64,000 nucleotides of DNA from Bacillota bacterium (GCA_009784375.1 WRBV01000001.1:97445-161444), one strand, 5' to 3'; shown: positions 1 to 10,023, numbered from the stretch's first letter. Numbers and translations are program-made. The notes: a model not told the origin generated them from the sequence alone.

Positions 1-1
1 T

Positions 2-595
2 CGAATTGCGAAACAGACTGATCATATTGAAGGAACTGAATCTCACCATATTGTTATTGACAAGTCAGGCATACATGCCGTAGAAAGTTTACTTATTGCA
101 AGATATCAAATGTTCATGCAAGTATATCGTCATAAAGTTCGTTGTGCCTATAATTTTCACCTTGAAAAAGCGTGTAGAGAGATTCTATTACATGTTAACA
201 AAGGAATATTTAAAGGTGTGTTTCCACCTCCGACTAAACTTGACCAATATCTACTTTTGGACGATATTTATATGGAATCTCGGTTTAGAGAATATGGGGG
301 TTATCACGGGGAAATAATTTTAAACAGAAATCATTGGAAACAAAAATACTCGTCAGATGATAATCCAAACTCTAATGAAGAAATATCGAAACTAAAAGAA
401 AAATATGGTGAAGAAAACATACATATAGATACTTATTCGAAACCATGGTATGGAGGAGCAAAAACAATTCTAGTTTACGATAAAGATAAAAAACTTTGCA
501 AGGAATTACATGAAAAATCAAACTTGATAGATGCTCTTTCAAAGAAGACATATTCAACACGAATATTCTTGAATCCAGAACACAATAAAGATTAA
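2..595 (+). CDS. HD-domain phosphohydrolase, YwfO/SAMHD1-like family, C-terminal part (5' end lies outside the window)
   Basis: The frame is open from nt 2 (RIAKQTDHIEGTESHHIVIDKSGIHAVESLLIARYQMFMQVYRHKVR...). The block GIHAVE..ARYxMxxQVYxH matches the conserved region after the HD motif in B. subtilis YwfO-type hydrolases, as I remember it. Confidence 0.6.
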   Translation, partial: RIAKQTDHIEGTESHHIVIDKSGIHAVESLLIARYQMFMQVYRHKVRCAYNFHLEKACREILLHVNKGIFKGVFPPPTKLDQYLLLDDIYMESRFREYGGYHGEIILNRNHWKQKYSSDDNPNSNEEISKLKEKYGEENIHIDTYSKPWYGGAKTILVYDKDKKLCKELHEKSNLIDALSKKTYSTRIFLNPEHNKD

Positions 596-665
596 CAAAA
601 CATCGTTTGACATACTGGTCTCATAGATTTTATACTTATAGAAAGAACAAGAGGGAGAATTACAA

Positions 666-1211
666 ATGGCAACACTTAATATCGCTACACAAGTTGATAG
701 ACTTTCAATAATTGCATCACTTGTAAGAAAGCAGCCTGCTATTGGCACTACTGCGTTGATGAAGTGTGTTTATTTATTGCAAGAAGTTTTTGAAGTCCCA
801 CTTGGCTATGACTATACAATTTATACTTATGGACCTTATAGTTCACAGGTCACATCAGACGTTGATCTCTCTATTATAGGTAACTTTATCTCTTATAAAT
901 ATGAATCAACTGGAGACTATGTGAAAAGGACCTTCAACAATGGAGAAAGGATTGATGACTTAGATTTTACATTTGCTGATAATTACAGTTCTTCAATAGA
1001 CCAGGTTATTAACGACTTTGCAAATAAAACAGCCTCTGAACTTGAGCTTATTGCTACTATCATTTACGTTTATATTTTTTACAAGCGTAACGGACTTGAT
1101 ATTAATAAAAGTAGTATCGCAAATGATGTACATGGTATAAAGCCACACTTCTCAACGAATAGAGTTGAGAGTGAATACACAAATCTTTCTAGCCAAAAGC
1201 TTCTCAAATAA
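666..1211 (+). CDS. YwgA-like protein, the conserved partner of YwfO-type HD hydrolases
   Basis: SD GAGGGAG lies upstream. The motif ALMKCVYLLQEVFEVPLGYDYTIYTYGPYSSQV resembles the YwgA/DUF4065-type KxxYxxxxxxxxP....Y.YGPYS signature. Its position directly after the HD gene mirrors B. subtilis ywfO-ywgA. Confidence 0.5.
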   Translation: MATLNIATQVDRLSIIASLVRKQPAIGTTALMKCVYLLQEVFEVPLGYDYTIYTYGPYSSQVTSDVDLSIIGNFISYKYESTGDYVKRTFNNGERIDDLDFTFADNYSSSIDQVINDFANKTASELELIATIIYVYIFYKRNGLDINKSSIANDVHGIKPHFSTNRVESEYTNLSSQKLLK

Positions 1212-1227
1212 AAAGCTGGTATGTATT

Positions 1228-1524
1228 ATGAAATCCTTTTACGAACAAGTGTACGATATCGTCGCAAGCATCCCATATGGCAAGGTTATGTCATATGGTC
1301 AAATTGCGGGGTGGTTGGGTAATCCACGCGGTGCCCGAATGGTGGGTTGGGCTATGAATCATTGTCCCGAAGGCTTGCCTTGGCATAGGGTAGTTATGGC
1401 GGATGGTTCTGTTGCTGACGGACAATGGGCAGATATGCGTAAAGCACGATTGATAAGCGAAAATGTAAAATTTTTACCCTGTGGCAGAGTTGATATGAAA
1501 GTATCGCAGATTGTAAATTTATAG
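1228..1524 (+). CDS. Alkyltransferase-like (ATL) protein: MGMT DNA-binding domain without the acceptor cysteine
   Basis: MKSFYEQVYDIVASIPYGKVMSYGQIA...GARMVGWAM...LPWHRVV. The PCHR active-site motif of Ogt/Ada is PWHR here, as in E. coli Atl/YbaZ. The internal ATG at 1228 was chosen over the track start at 1165. Confidence 0.7.
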   Translation: MKSFYEQVYDIVASIPYGKVMSYGQIAGWLGNPRGARMVGWAMNHCPEGLPWHRVVMADGSVADGQWADMRKARLISENVKFLPCGRVDMKVSQIVNL

Positions 1525-1563
1525 GTTATTAACCACATTTATTTAAAAACATTTGTTAATAAC
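1525..1563. promoter_or_regulatory. Perfect 9-bp inverted repeat GTTATTAAC-N21-GTTAATAAC between the ATL gene and the ABC operon
   Basis: Nt 1525-1533 is the reverse complement of 1555-1563. No T-tract follows, so it looks more like an operator or RNA stem than a terminator. Confidence 0.3.
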
Positions 1564-1647
1564 TAACAATTTGTGTATGCTATATACATCTTCTGGTACG
1601 ATGTTCGCATCGTTCGTTGTCATGATGTTGTCACAAAAGGAATACCA

Positions 1648-3897
1648 ATGAACTCTAGGTTCAAAATTAATCCAAAGACATTTATTCTGCGCGCACTTGC
1701 CGTTATTTTTTTAATTATTTACGTGGTTCGTATCACCTTGGTTGCCGATTCTTTCAACGAAGTAATACGTGGTATAAGTCCAGACTTTTCAACCGTACAA
1801 GCCATATTCATGTCATTGTTGCGATGGGTGACCTATGCCGCCGCACTTATAGTTATAATCTCTACATTTTCTAAATCAAGAAACCAACGTAATTTAATTT
1901 TGTTTTTCGCACTTCCTGTTGCAGTTCTTAACTTGATTTTTATTGGTGCGAATACAACAGCAATGATAGGAGCAAACCATTCGGGCTTTTCAATTGCAAT
2001 GCTTGGTTTTATCTTTGAACAAGCTCTTACAATTATCATTGCATTATATATAGTAGTAATTATCGGACACAAGACTGGACTATTAATTGAAACAAAAAAA
2101 ACTATTCTTGCATTGCTTGCAAGTATTGGTGGAATTTTACTTTGTGCTATTCCAATTTGGCTTCCACAACAATTATTCGGAAGAACAGACATCACAGTAA
2201 GTTTCGCAACAATTGGTCACCATATATGGGTTGGATTGACAATAGCTATTTGGATAGGGTTATATTTCTTTTTGAGAAATAAATCAATGCATTACAAGTT
2301 CTATGTGTTGATGTTTATCTGTATGGCTACGTTCATAAATTATTTTTCTTTTTATCATTTGGATTCATTGACACCAGCACGTTGGCCGCTTCACCTTTGT
2401 AACCTTGCTACCGTTTTAATGCCTATTACATTGCTTACGCGGAATCGCTTTCTTTTTCCGTTCCTTTATTTTGCAAACGTAACTGGGGCTTTAATTGCAA
2501 TATTCATTCCTGACCTATCTAATCCACTTTTATCTGTTCAAACAATGCGATTTGCACATGCACATACCATGGCTTTTATCTTGCCGATTTTATTTGTATC
2601 ACTTGGGTTATTTCCTCGTCAAAAGTTCCGAGATCTCAAAGTTGCGTTCGTTGGTTTCGCCATATACTTTGTCGTAGTTGTGTTTGGTAACGTTATAATT
2701 ACAAATTTTGATAATACGGTTCAATTCTTTTTCTTGAACGGAGATTTCTTGTCAAGTCGGATATTCTTCCTTTATCATGCCCAGCAAGTTGTCATATCTA
2801 TACCAATTGGTGGTATAACTCTTGACTTCTATATATTGTTCTATTTGATTGTATTCGCCGCTTTCATAGGTTTCATGTCGATTGCGTATTTTATTTATCT
2901 GCGAAGTTACATATACGGAGACGAAGCCGAGCAAATAAAAAACAACAAAATTCAAAAAAGACTTGACCGCACAAGATTACTTGAGGATATGAACGGACGC
3001 GAAATAACAGAACCAGTAAACAAAATAGGAGGAATCATGTTAAAAATCACTAACTTCTCAAAAACATATGCAAGCGCAAAAAAGCCTGCAGTTGAAAACT
3101 TTAATCTCGAAGTAAAAGAAGGTGAGGTTTTTGGGTTCCTTGGTCTTAACGGTGCGGGGAAGAGTACGACTATTAAAAGTGTGGTGGGTATCCTTCCATT
3201 CACCGAAGGAACAATAGAAGTTAACGGCTTTGATATAAGCCGCCAACCGTTAGAAGCAAAAAAACTCATCGGTTATGTCCCAGACAATCACGCGGTATAT
3301 GAGAAGTTAACTGGTCGTCAATATGTAAATTTTATTGCCGATATATATGGTGTAAGCCAAGAAGACAGGGATAAACGCGTAGTAGAAATTCTTGAGAAAT
3401 TTAAACTCGAGGCAAGTTTTGATAACCTTATAAAAACTTATAGCCATGGTATGAAGCAGAAGATTACTATTATCGCCGCACTTGTACATTGTCCAAAGCT
3501 TTGGGTGTTGGACGAGCCATTAACTGGTCTTGACCCACAAAGTGCATTCGAAGTAAAAGAATATATGCAAGAACATGCAAGATCGGGAAACACAGTTTTC
3601 TTCAGCTCGCATATAATCGATGTCGTAGAAAAAATTTGTGACCGTGTTGCAATTATCTCGGGTGGAAAGCTTGTAGGTGTTTATGATATGAAAGAATTCG
3701 CAAAAACAGGACAATCACTTGAAAAAGTATTCCTTGAAAACTCGGTTCTAAATACAAGTGTGCCTGAGAAAAAAGTTAAAAAACAAAAAATTGCAAAAGA
3801 AGAAAAGCCTTCTGCTGATAAACCTAATAAGAAATCATTTAATCCTTTTAATCGTACAAAGAGTGAAAAAACCACAGACCAAGGTGGTGAAAAATGA
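1648..3897 (+). CDS. Polytopic membrane domain (about 460 aa, PLHLCN motif, YwaF/TIGR02206-like) fused in frame to an ABC transporter ATP-binding domain
   Basis: SD AAAGGA precedes ATG 1648. The C-terminal half has Walker A GLNGAGKST, a signature-like YSHGMKQK and Walker B LWVLDEP. There are many TM helices, and ARWPLHLCNLATV lies in the N-terminal half. An internal AGGAGG (3027-3032) plus in-frame ATG 3037 sits exactly at the start of the ATPase module. Confidence 0.8.
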   Translation: MNSRFKINPKTFILRALAVIFLIIYVVRITLVADSFNEVIRGISPDFSTVQAIFMSLLRWVTYAAALIVIISTFSKSRNQRNLILFFALPVAVLNLIFIGANTTAMIGANHSGFSIAMLGFIFEQALTIIIALYIVVIIGHKTGLLIETKKTILALLASIGGILLCAIPIWLPQQLFGRTDITVSFATIGHHIWVGLTIAIWIGLYFFLRNKSMHYKFYVLMFICMATFINYFSFYHLDSLTPARWPLHLCNLATVLMPITLLTRNRFLFPFLYFANVTGALIAIFIPDLSNPLLSVQTMRFAHAHTMAFILPILFVSLGLFPRQKFRDLKVAFVGFAIYFVVVVFGNVIITNFDNTVQFFFLNGDFLSSRIFFLYHAQQVVISIPIGGITLDFYILFYLIVFAAFIGFMSIAYFIYLRSYIYGDEAEQIKNNKIQKRLDRTRLLEDMNGREITEPVNKIGGIMLKITNFSKTYASAKKPAVENFNLEVKEGEVFGFLGLNGAGKSTTIKSVVGILPFTEGTIEVNGFDISRQPLEAKKLIGYVPDNHAVYEKLTGRQYVNFIADIYGVSQEDRDKRVVEILEKFKLEASFDNLIKTYSHGMKQKITIIAALVHCPKLWVLDEPLTGLDPQSAFEVKEYMQEHARSGNTVFFSSHIIDVVEKICDRVAIISGGKLVGVYDMKEFAKTGQSLEKVFLENSVLNTSVPEKKVKKQKIAKEEKPSADKPNKKSFNPFNRTKSEKTTDQGGEK

Positions 3898-5543
3898 GTG
3901 CGTTTACCCGAATAAAAAAACTTATATATTTACAACGCATTGAAAAGGTAAAAATCCTTAATTTTTCCAGTATTAAATCACTAATCCTGTCATTGGTTAT
4001 AAAATTGGCAATTGTTACCGCAGTTGCTGTTGGTCTTACTTTTCTTCTTCGTTATGCAAATTCTATTACCGCATTTAATATAAGCGTCCATTTACTTTCA
4101 TTTTTCCTTATTGCTTTTTGTACTATTACCTTTTTCGCCGCACTCTTTGGTTCTCTTAATACATTTTACGGGGCAAAGGATAACCAATTTCTTTTATCTC
4201 TTCCTGTTCAACCTGGTGAAGTTTTCTTTTCAAAACTTGTCCTTTTAATATTTCAACAAGTCATAAGCGGTATAATAATATTCACCCCATTGCTTTTAGG
4301 ATTTGCATTCGGTGCAAATGGGGCATTCTTTCAGAACCTTACAATGGAAATAAACGTATACTTTTGGATTGGTGCCATACTTTTCTCTTTCTTGTTACCT
4401 TTGTTTATTACTCTGCTTGGCGTACTTGTTTCACTACCAGTCAAAATGCTTGTTGATTTTATCAAGAGAAGAAAAATACTTGTAATCATTTCATTTGTAC
4501 TTATCTTTGCACTCTTTATATTTGTATTTAATTTCCTTGTAACCGCAGTTATGAACAGCATCAATTTCTTCAGCGAACTTGTTCTTCTTGCACATCATAT
4601 TACTGTGTTCGTTGGCAATATTTCTAATGGGTCATTTTTATTCTTTCACCTTGCAAACAGCATGAATTCACCGTTTATGTTCCTTGCCGCTCTTATTATT
4701 ATTGGCGCATCAGTAATTGTTGTTCTCCCTATATATTTCCTTATAAGACCTAATTATTTACGCATTGCCGTAGGTGGTGGTGAATCCAGAAAGAAACAAG
4801 CAAGAGACCGAGAAAACAAACGCCCAATCCGCAGCAAACGTCCACTCTTAAGTATCATTAACCGTGACATACAAATGCTTATGAATCATCCAGCATCGTT
4901 TTTTAATAACTTTACAGTATTGGTTGCTATGCCTTTTATTGTCTTGCTTGTTAATCGATTGTTTGGAATCCTTGAACTACGTGCAGAAGGCGGCGCCCTT
5001 TTGATAGGAATTAACGTCGCTATGATAAGTCTTTTCACACTTATCGGTAATAATTATTCTGCAACCGCAATTTCAAGAGAAGGCAGAAACCTTTACTTGG
5101 TAAAAACTTCACCAGTCTCGTTTAAAAAATACAGCTTTGCTAAAATAGTCACAAACTTTGCATTTTCAACATTCTTCCTTATATTTACCAGTTTAATTAT
5201 TCTGTTTACAACCGAACTAAGTTTCATAAGCACTCTTGCTATATTCACCTATGTTTCAATCCTTAACCTTGGACATATTATCATGAGTCTTGAACGTGAC
5301 CTTCGAAAAGCCGACACAGATTGGTACGATGAGAGTGAAATAAGAAAGAGCCGCAACATAGAATATTCTTTAACAACGGGTGCACTTGTTGGGCTTGTTT
5401 TCGGTGGGCTTGCATTTAAATTTTATCTTGTTACAAGTCTGACCATGGCATTCGTTTATCTATCAATTATCGCAGTATCATTTTTTGCTTGGAGGGCGTC
5501 AAGACTTTACGGTAGAATAGAATACTACATGGAAAAAATGTAG
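3894..5543 (+). CDS. Multi-pass membrane protein, probable permease partner of the upstream ABC ATPase
   Basis: ATGA start/stop overlap with the ABC gene. About 10-12 hydrophobic segments surround a basic loop (RKKQARDRENKRPIRSKRP). I recognise no specific family motif. Confidence 0.5.
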   Translation: MSAFTRIKKLIYLQRIEKVKILNFSSIKSLILSLVIKLAIVTAVAVGLTFLLRYANSITAFNISVHLLSFFLIAFCTITFFAALFGSLNTFYGAKDNQFLLSLPVQPGEVFFSKLVLLIFQQVISGIIIFTPLLLGFAFGANGAFFQNLTMEINVYFWIGAILFSFLLPLFITLLGVLVSLPVKMLVDFIKRRKILVIISFVLIFALFIFVFNFLVTAVMNSINFFSELVLLAHHITVFVGNISNGSFLFFHLANSMNSPFMFLAALIIIGASVIVVLPIYFLIRPNYLRIAVGGGESRKKQARDRENKRPIRSKRPLLSIINRDIQMLMNHPASFFNNFTVLVAMPFIVLLVNRLFGILELRAEGGALLIGINVAMISLFTLIGNNYSATAISREGRNLYLVKTSPVSFKKYSFAKIVTNFAFSTFFLIFTSLIILFTTELSFISTLAIFTYVSILNLGHIIMSLERDLRKADTDWYDESEIRKSRNIEYSLTTGALVGLVFGGLAFKFYLVTSLTMAFVYLSIIAVSFFAWRASRLYGRIEYYMEKM

Positions 5544-5575
5544 AGACTAGATAAACACAAGACAAAGGAGAAAAA

Positions 5576-8209
5576 ATGAACAAGAAGTTACTTGCTTTTC
5601 TTATTGTGGTGCCGCTTGCAATTATTCTGGTAATCGGAATATTGTATGCCGCATTAACACAAAGGGACGTTGACATTCCTGTTGCAAGTGTTTCGTTCAC
5701 ATCAGACTATGTTAATTTGGATGTGACTGGGGCAACGGTTGCTGAACCTGTTACGTATCAGCTGGAATGGACATTCGGACCAAATAACGTCCGTCCTGCG
5801 CCATCCGTTGTATTCGAGGTAGTGGGCACACCACGTGCAAATATCTCTGTATCTGAAACTGGTTTAATTACCGCTTTTGAAGATCTTGGAGGAATGAGAA
5901 ACCTTGATATAACACTTCGAATTTCTACTGTTGTTACAAACATTCACTCGGTTGTTCGTTCTGATCTTATTAACATTCATACTTTCTCGGAAACACCAGT
6001 TGGTATCACATTAAATACCAACCTTGAACTTGACCAAGCACAAACCAACCCTAACTTTACTATCGAAGGTTATACAACCATCGAAGGAAACGTTAATACG
6101 TTCTATCAATTTCTGGCTGCTGGTACCCCAATATCAATCAGCGTTTCATCATACGATGACCTTGAATATGATTTATATGGAAACACCTTTACTCCAAGAG
6201 AGCCTGGTATCTTTGAACTCGAAATCACACAAAATGGCACAACAACTGTACTTATATTCAACGCGGTTCACAGTATTACACTTGTAACACTTCCACCACA
6301 GTTGGCGGCACTTGGACAAGTTGACGAATATCTTGTCGGAACAGGTAACGAGTTCGTATTCAATTTCACAGCATTCAGCGGTCCTTTCATAATCACAAAC
6401 CCAAATATCCGCGTCCTTGCAAGAGTTGGTACCACAGAAGAATTTACAACCGCAACATATTATGATGGTACATTCACAGTTTCAGATATTCTTGAATTTG
6501 AAATGGAGTATAGACAGGTACAGTTCCTTACATCTGGTCAAGTTGTAACACTACGTGTTGAATCAGCGCTTGACAGCACAATTGGAACACAATACATCTT
6601 CACAATTAACAATGGTTACAACGCAAATAACCATGAACAATTAGTCGAATTATTCAATGAATTCAGCGATTACAAACAAGACCTTATCAACATCACAAAC
6701 AACATCGAAGCAGTCCTTCCAGCACATCTTATGCGTGGAAGCTATATGCGTGCAATGCACCAAGACGCAATTTGTCCAGACGCATCTGGTCACCACCGTG
6801 TTGGTTTTGACGCAATATACAGAAGAGGTACACAAGGCTTTGTTCTTAATGGTAACCACCACGAAATTTCTGCCCGTAACGTTCCACTACGTCATGCAGA
6901 CAACCAAGTACAAAACTGGGATGGTACATGGCATGACCGTGACAGACACACAAATACTGCTCCTGCTATATTCCAATTCGGTCTTTATGCAAATGGTCCA
7001 GCACCATTCGGCAGACCAGGCGGCGGACATTGGAACTGGAGTGATGACCCAAACGTCAACCAATATCACCCAGCAAACTTTATGGAAGAACAACGCGCAC
7101 GTATGCTTGAATTCTATACACAAGCCGCAAATAACAGACAAGTAATCAACAACCTTGTACTTGTTGGAAATACCGAGAACTGGCACATGGACGGGGGAGA
7201 CTTCCTTGGCTTCCGTGGTATTAATGGAATTGCTCCTGCTACAAGTAACTTTGAATTGAACAATGTTGACATTTCTGGTATGCAATTTGGTATCCGTGTT
7301 CTTCAAAGAGCATTCGAAGCACTCCTTGACAATGTAACAGTACATAATTGTTCAGGTTACGGTATGTACCTTCACCGTGTTACTGCGGTAACTATCCGAA
7401 ACACAACATGGAGAAATCTTGGACATGCCGCAATCTTTATTAACCCAGCACACAGCAGCCTTCTTGTCGACAGCGTCACACCAAATGGCGAGGAATTCAC
7501 ACTTGACCGACCAATATGGGATGGCATAAATAACAATAATAATCCTGCATTCGGACCATTGCCTGAACTTAACGGTAACCCTGTCCGAATTGAAGGAACA
7601 TTCTTGCTTGATAACTGGCATGCTGGTAATAACCCGTTTATTCAACTTGGTAATGCTGCTATGGCTATGTTGCCGACCCAGGTTAAAACAACTGTCTTTG
7701 CAACGCTTGGAACAAATGCAACGTTGATGCTTCGTAATATGCCTACCGCTGCTCCTGAGCATCTTGCCGCATCCGAGTTTAACTTTGGAATTATGATGGC
7801 GGCTAACTATGGTCCTACCGAGCACCACATGCGTCCAATGAACCAACTTATTTTCGAGGATGCTTTATATGCAAACACAACAAACCACAACCCAACATTG
7901 TTCTGGCAAATGGTTGCATCAGGAAACCCAGCCGTGCCTGCACCAATGCGTGTTCCATTCAACACAACAAACTTCGAGATTTCAAAAGCTATTGTTTCTC
8001 AAGACGAAGCCGTAACATCATCACTTGTTGCCGCATCGGTTAACCTCTCAAGAGCGGGTATGCCATTCCTTGACTGGCTCAGCTTCTTTTACCTTGGTGT
8101 TAACCCAGACGCAGTCTCGGCGTCAAGCGCACCGCTTAGTCACGATATTACCGAAGACTTCTTCTACGCAACAACATTCAAGTCAACACCATCATCAAGA
8201 AATTACTAG
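5576..8209 (+). CDS. Large N-terminally anchored extracellular protein with a right-handed beta-helix-like region
   Basis: SD AAAGGAG upstream. The N-terminus is a signal-anchor (MNKKLLAFLIVVPLAIILVIGILYA). The central segment NVTVHNCSGYGMYLHRVTAVTIRNTTWRNLGHAAIFIN is typical of parallel beta-helix repeats. A terminator follows directly. Confidence 0.45.
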   Translation: MNKKLLAFLIVVPLAIILVIGILYAALTQRDVDIPVASVSFTSDYVNLDVTGATVAEPVTYQLEWTFGPNNVRPAPSVVFEVVGTPRANISVSETGLITAFEDLGGMRNLDITLRISTVVTNIHSVVRSDLINIHTFSETPVGITLNTNLELDQAQTNPNFTIEGYTTIEGNVNTFYQFLAAGTPISISVSSYDDLEYDLYGNTFTPREPGIFELEITQNGTTTVLIFNAVHSITLVTLPPQLAALGQVDEYLVGTGNEFVFNFTAFSGPFIITNPNIRVLARVGTTEEFTTATYYDGTFTVSDILEFEMEYRQVQFLTSGQVVTLRVESALDSTIGTQYIFTINNGYNANNHEQLVELFNEFSDYKQDLINITNNIEAVLPAHLMRGSYMRAMHQDAICPDASGHHRVGFDAIYRRGTQGFVLNGNHHEISARNVPLRHADNQVQNWDGTWHDRDRHTNTAPAIFQFGLYANGPAPFGRPGGGHWNWSDDPNVNQYHPANFMEEQRARMLEFYTQAANNRQVINNLVLVGNTENWHMDGGDFLGFRGINGIAPATSNFELNNVDISGMQFGIRVLQRAFEALLDNVTVHNCSGYGMYLHRVTAVTIRNTTWRNLGHAAIFINPAHSSLLVDSVTPNGEEFTLDRPIWDGINNNNNPAFGPLPELNGNPVRIEGTFLLDNWHAGNNPFIQLGNAAMAMLPTQVKTTVFATLGTNATLMLRNMPTAAPEHLAASEFNFGIMMAANYGPTEHHMRPMNQLIFEDALYANTTNHNPTLFWQMVASGNPAVPAPMRVPFNTTNFEISKAIVSQDEAVTSSLVAASVNLSRAGMPFLDWLSFFYLGVNPDAVSASSAPLSHDITEDFFYATTFKSTPSSRNY

Positions 8210-8216
8210 ACAATAT

Positions 8217-8244
8217 AAAAGAGGCAGATGCCTCTTTTTATTTT
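8217..8244. terminator. Rho-independent terminator (AGAGGC-agat-GCCTCT plus T-run), A-run on the other side
   Basis: The stem pairs 8220-8225 with 8230-8235 and is followed by TTTTTATTTT. It ends the 5576-8209 gene and overlaps the 3' end of the converging MazG gene. Confidence 0.75.
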
Positions 8245-8582
8245 GCTTCTTCGGACGACCTATCACCAAATCCCGAATATGACTCGCCATGACGTTTTCG
8301 CAGCTTTTTTATATTAATCTCTGCCGCTTCTTGCATTGAGAATCCAAGCTTTTCACAAAGGGCAGCAATATACCACATAACGTCACCAAGTTCTTTCTTG
8401 ATACCATCTACATCAAGCTCTTTACTATTGTTAAGCCATTTCTTGACCTTTTCGGCAACTTCGCCCGCTTCGCCAACCATGCCAAGTGTCCCGTATGAAA
8501 GTCCAAGTTTCATATCATCCCAATGGTCACCCATAGTCTTGGCACATTCATATTGATATTCTTCAAATGTTTTAATTTCCAT
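8238..8582 (-). CDS. MazG-like nucleoside triphosphate pyrophosphohydrolase (small all-alpha NTP-PPase)
   Basis: GMVGEAGEVAEKVKKW plus ELGDVMWYIAALCEKLG form the paired ExxE/ExxD helices of MazG-type NTP-PPases. SD AAGGAA upstream. Confidence 0.7.
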   Translation of the reverse strand: MEIKTFEEYQYECAKTMGDHWDDMKLGLSYGTLGMVGEAGEVAEKVKKWLNNSKELDVDGIKKELGDVMWYIAALCEKLGFSMQEAAEINIKKLRKRHGESYSGFGDRSSEEAK

Positions 8583-8591
8583 AAAAATTCC

Positions 8592-8894
8592 TTATTTCTT
8601 GTCCTTTAATCTGTTTATTGTACGTTTAATTTTTTCATCACATATTTTACATATTTCTTCTTCACCAAATATATGTGCCATTTGGTGTACACAATTTAAT
8701 ACATCAGCGACTTCTTCCTTTATGTGTTCCAAATACTCTTGTTCTCGTCCAACATGATATTCTGGTTTTCTTTTCATTCTCTTGTACTTTATTAATGCTT
8801 GGGTTAATTCTGCCATTTCTTCGATACATACTTCAATCTGGGCATCCTCGCCCCATTCATCTAACATTTGCTTGAATTCTTCTTTATAATCCAT
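8592..8894 (-). CDS. Second small MazG-like/all-alpha NTP-PPase family protein
   Basis: IEEMAELTQALIKYKR and IKEEVADVLNCVHQMAHIFG are MazG-like acidic helices. Its start codon overlaps the recA stop (TAATG). Confidence 0.55.
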   Translation of the reverse strand: MDYKEEFKQMLDEWGEDAQIEVCIEEMAELTQALIKYKRMKRKPEYHVGREQEYLEHIKEEVADVLNCVHQMAHIFGEEEICKICDEKIKRTINRLKDKK

Positions 8895-9997
8895 TAAAAG
8901 ACCTCGTCCCCTGGAACTTCTTTCTTTATTTCTGGCTTTTCTTGTTTTGGCTCTTCTTCTTTCTTTCCTTCCATTTTCGCACGAACTTTTGTTAAAAGCT
9001 CTTCACGTAATGAAAGATTGGTTTCAAGGTTTTCTTTTACTTTTTCACGACCCTGTCCAATCTTGTCGCCGTTATAGCTGAACCATGCTCCGCTCTTTTC
9101 CACCAATCCATAATTTAGTGCAAGGTCTAATATACATCCTTCCTGAGAAATTCCTTTTCCAAACATGATTTCAAATTCCACAACTTTGAAAGGAGGGGCA
9201 AGTTTGTTTTTAACAACTTTTACCTTTGTTTTATTTCCAATAAAGTTTTTCGTCCCATCTGTTGTCGCATCAATAGAACCAATACGACGTATGTCAAGAC
9301 GTACCGATGCATAGAATTTCAATGCCTTTCCACCTGTTGTGGTCTCTGGACTTTGCCCTGGCATCAAATTTCCAATCTTTTCACGAAGTTGGTTAATAAA
9401 CATTATTGCACAATCAGTTTTCGCGGCAATAGGGGTTAATTTACGAAGTGCTTGGCTCATAAGACGTGCTTGTAATCCAACATGTGTGTCTCCAATGTCA
9501 CCTTCGATTTCTTGACGTGGAGTAAGTGCGGCAACCGAGTCAACTACAACAAGGTCAATTACGCCACTTGATATTAATTTTTCAACTATGTCAAGACCCT
9601 GATCTCCAGAGTCTGGTTGTGACACTATAAGGTCTTGCAAGCGCACTCCAAGCTTTTCTGCGTATATTGGGTCAAGAGCATGCTCGGCATCAATAAACGC
9701 GCATTTAAGACCCATTTTCTGGGCTTCTGCGACTATGTGAAGAGAAACTGTTGTTTTACCACTACTCTCGGGCCCATATATCTCGGTAATACGTCCGCGG
9801 GGAATTCCGCCTATTCCAAGTGCGTGATCCAATACAAGACATCCTGTTGGTATTACGTTAACATTTCTAATAACTGGACCATCACTCATTCTCATAATTG
9901 CGCCTTTACCATATACCTTTTCAATCATTGCAAGTGCGGCATTAAGTGCTTTTTCCTTTTCACTTTCTTTTGCTGGCTTTTCATTTGCTACTGCCAT
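8894..9997 (-). CDS. recA: Recombinase RecA
   Basis: [12 protein letters not shown] (Walker A), [13 protein letters not shown] and [10 protein letters not shown] are present. The start is taken at [11 protein letters not shown] (ATG 9997), which has SD GGAGAA, rather than at the track start 10033. Confidence 0.97.
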   Translation of the reverse strand: MAVANEKPAKESEKEKALNAALAMIEKVYGKGAIMRMSDGPVIRNVNVIPTGCLVLDHALGIGGIPRGRITEIYGPESSGKTTVSLHIVAEAQKMGLKCAFIDAEHALDPIYAEKLGVRLQDLIVSQPDSGDQGLDIVEKLISSGVIDLVVVDSVAALTPRQEIEGDIGDTHVGLQARLMSQALRKLTPIAAKTDCAIMFINQLREKIGNLMPGQSPETTTGGKALKFYASVRLDIRRIGSIDATTDGTKNFIGNKTKVKVVKNKLAPPFKVVEFEIMFGKGISQEGCILDLALNYGLVEKSGAWFSYNGDKIGQGREKVKENLETNLSLREELLTKVRAKMEGKKEEEPKQEKPEIKKEVPGDEVF

Positions 9998-10023
9998 ATT
10001 TAAATTCTCCTTATATAATAAAA

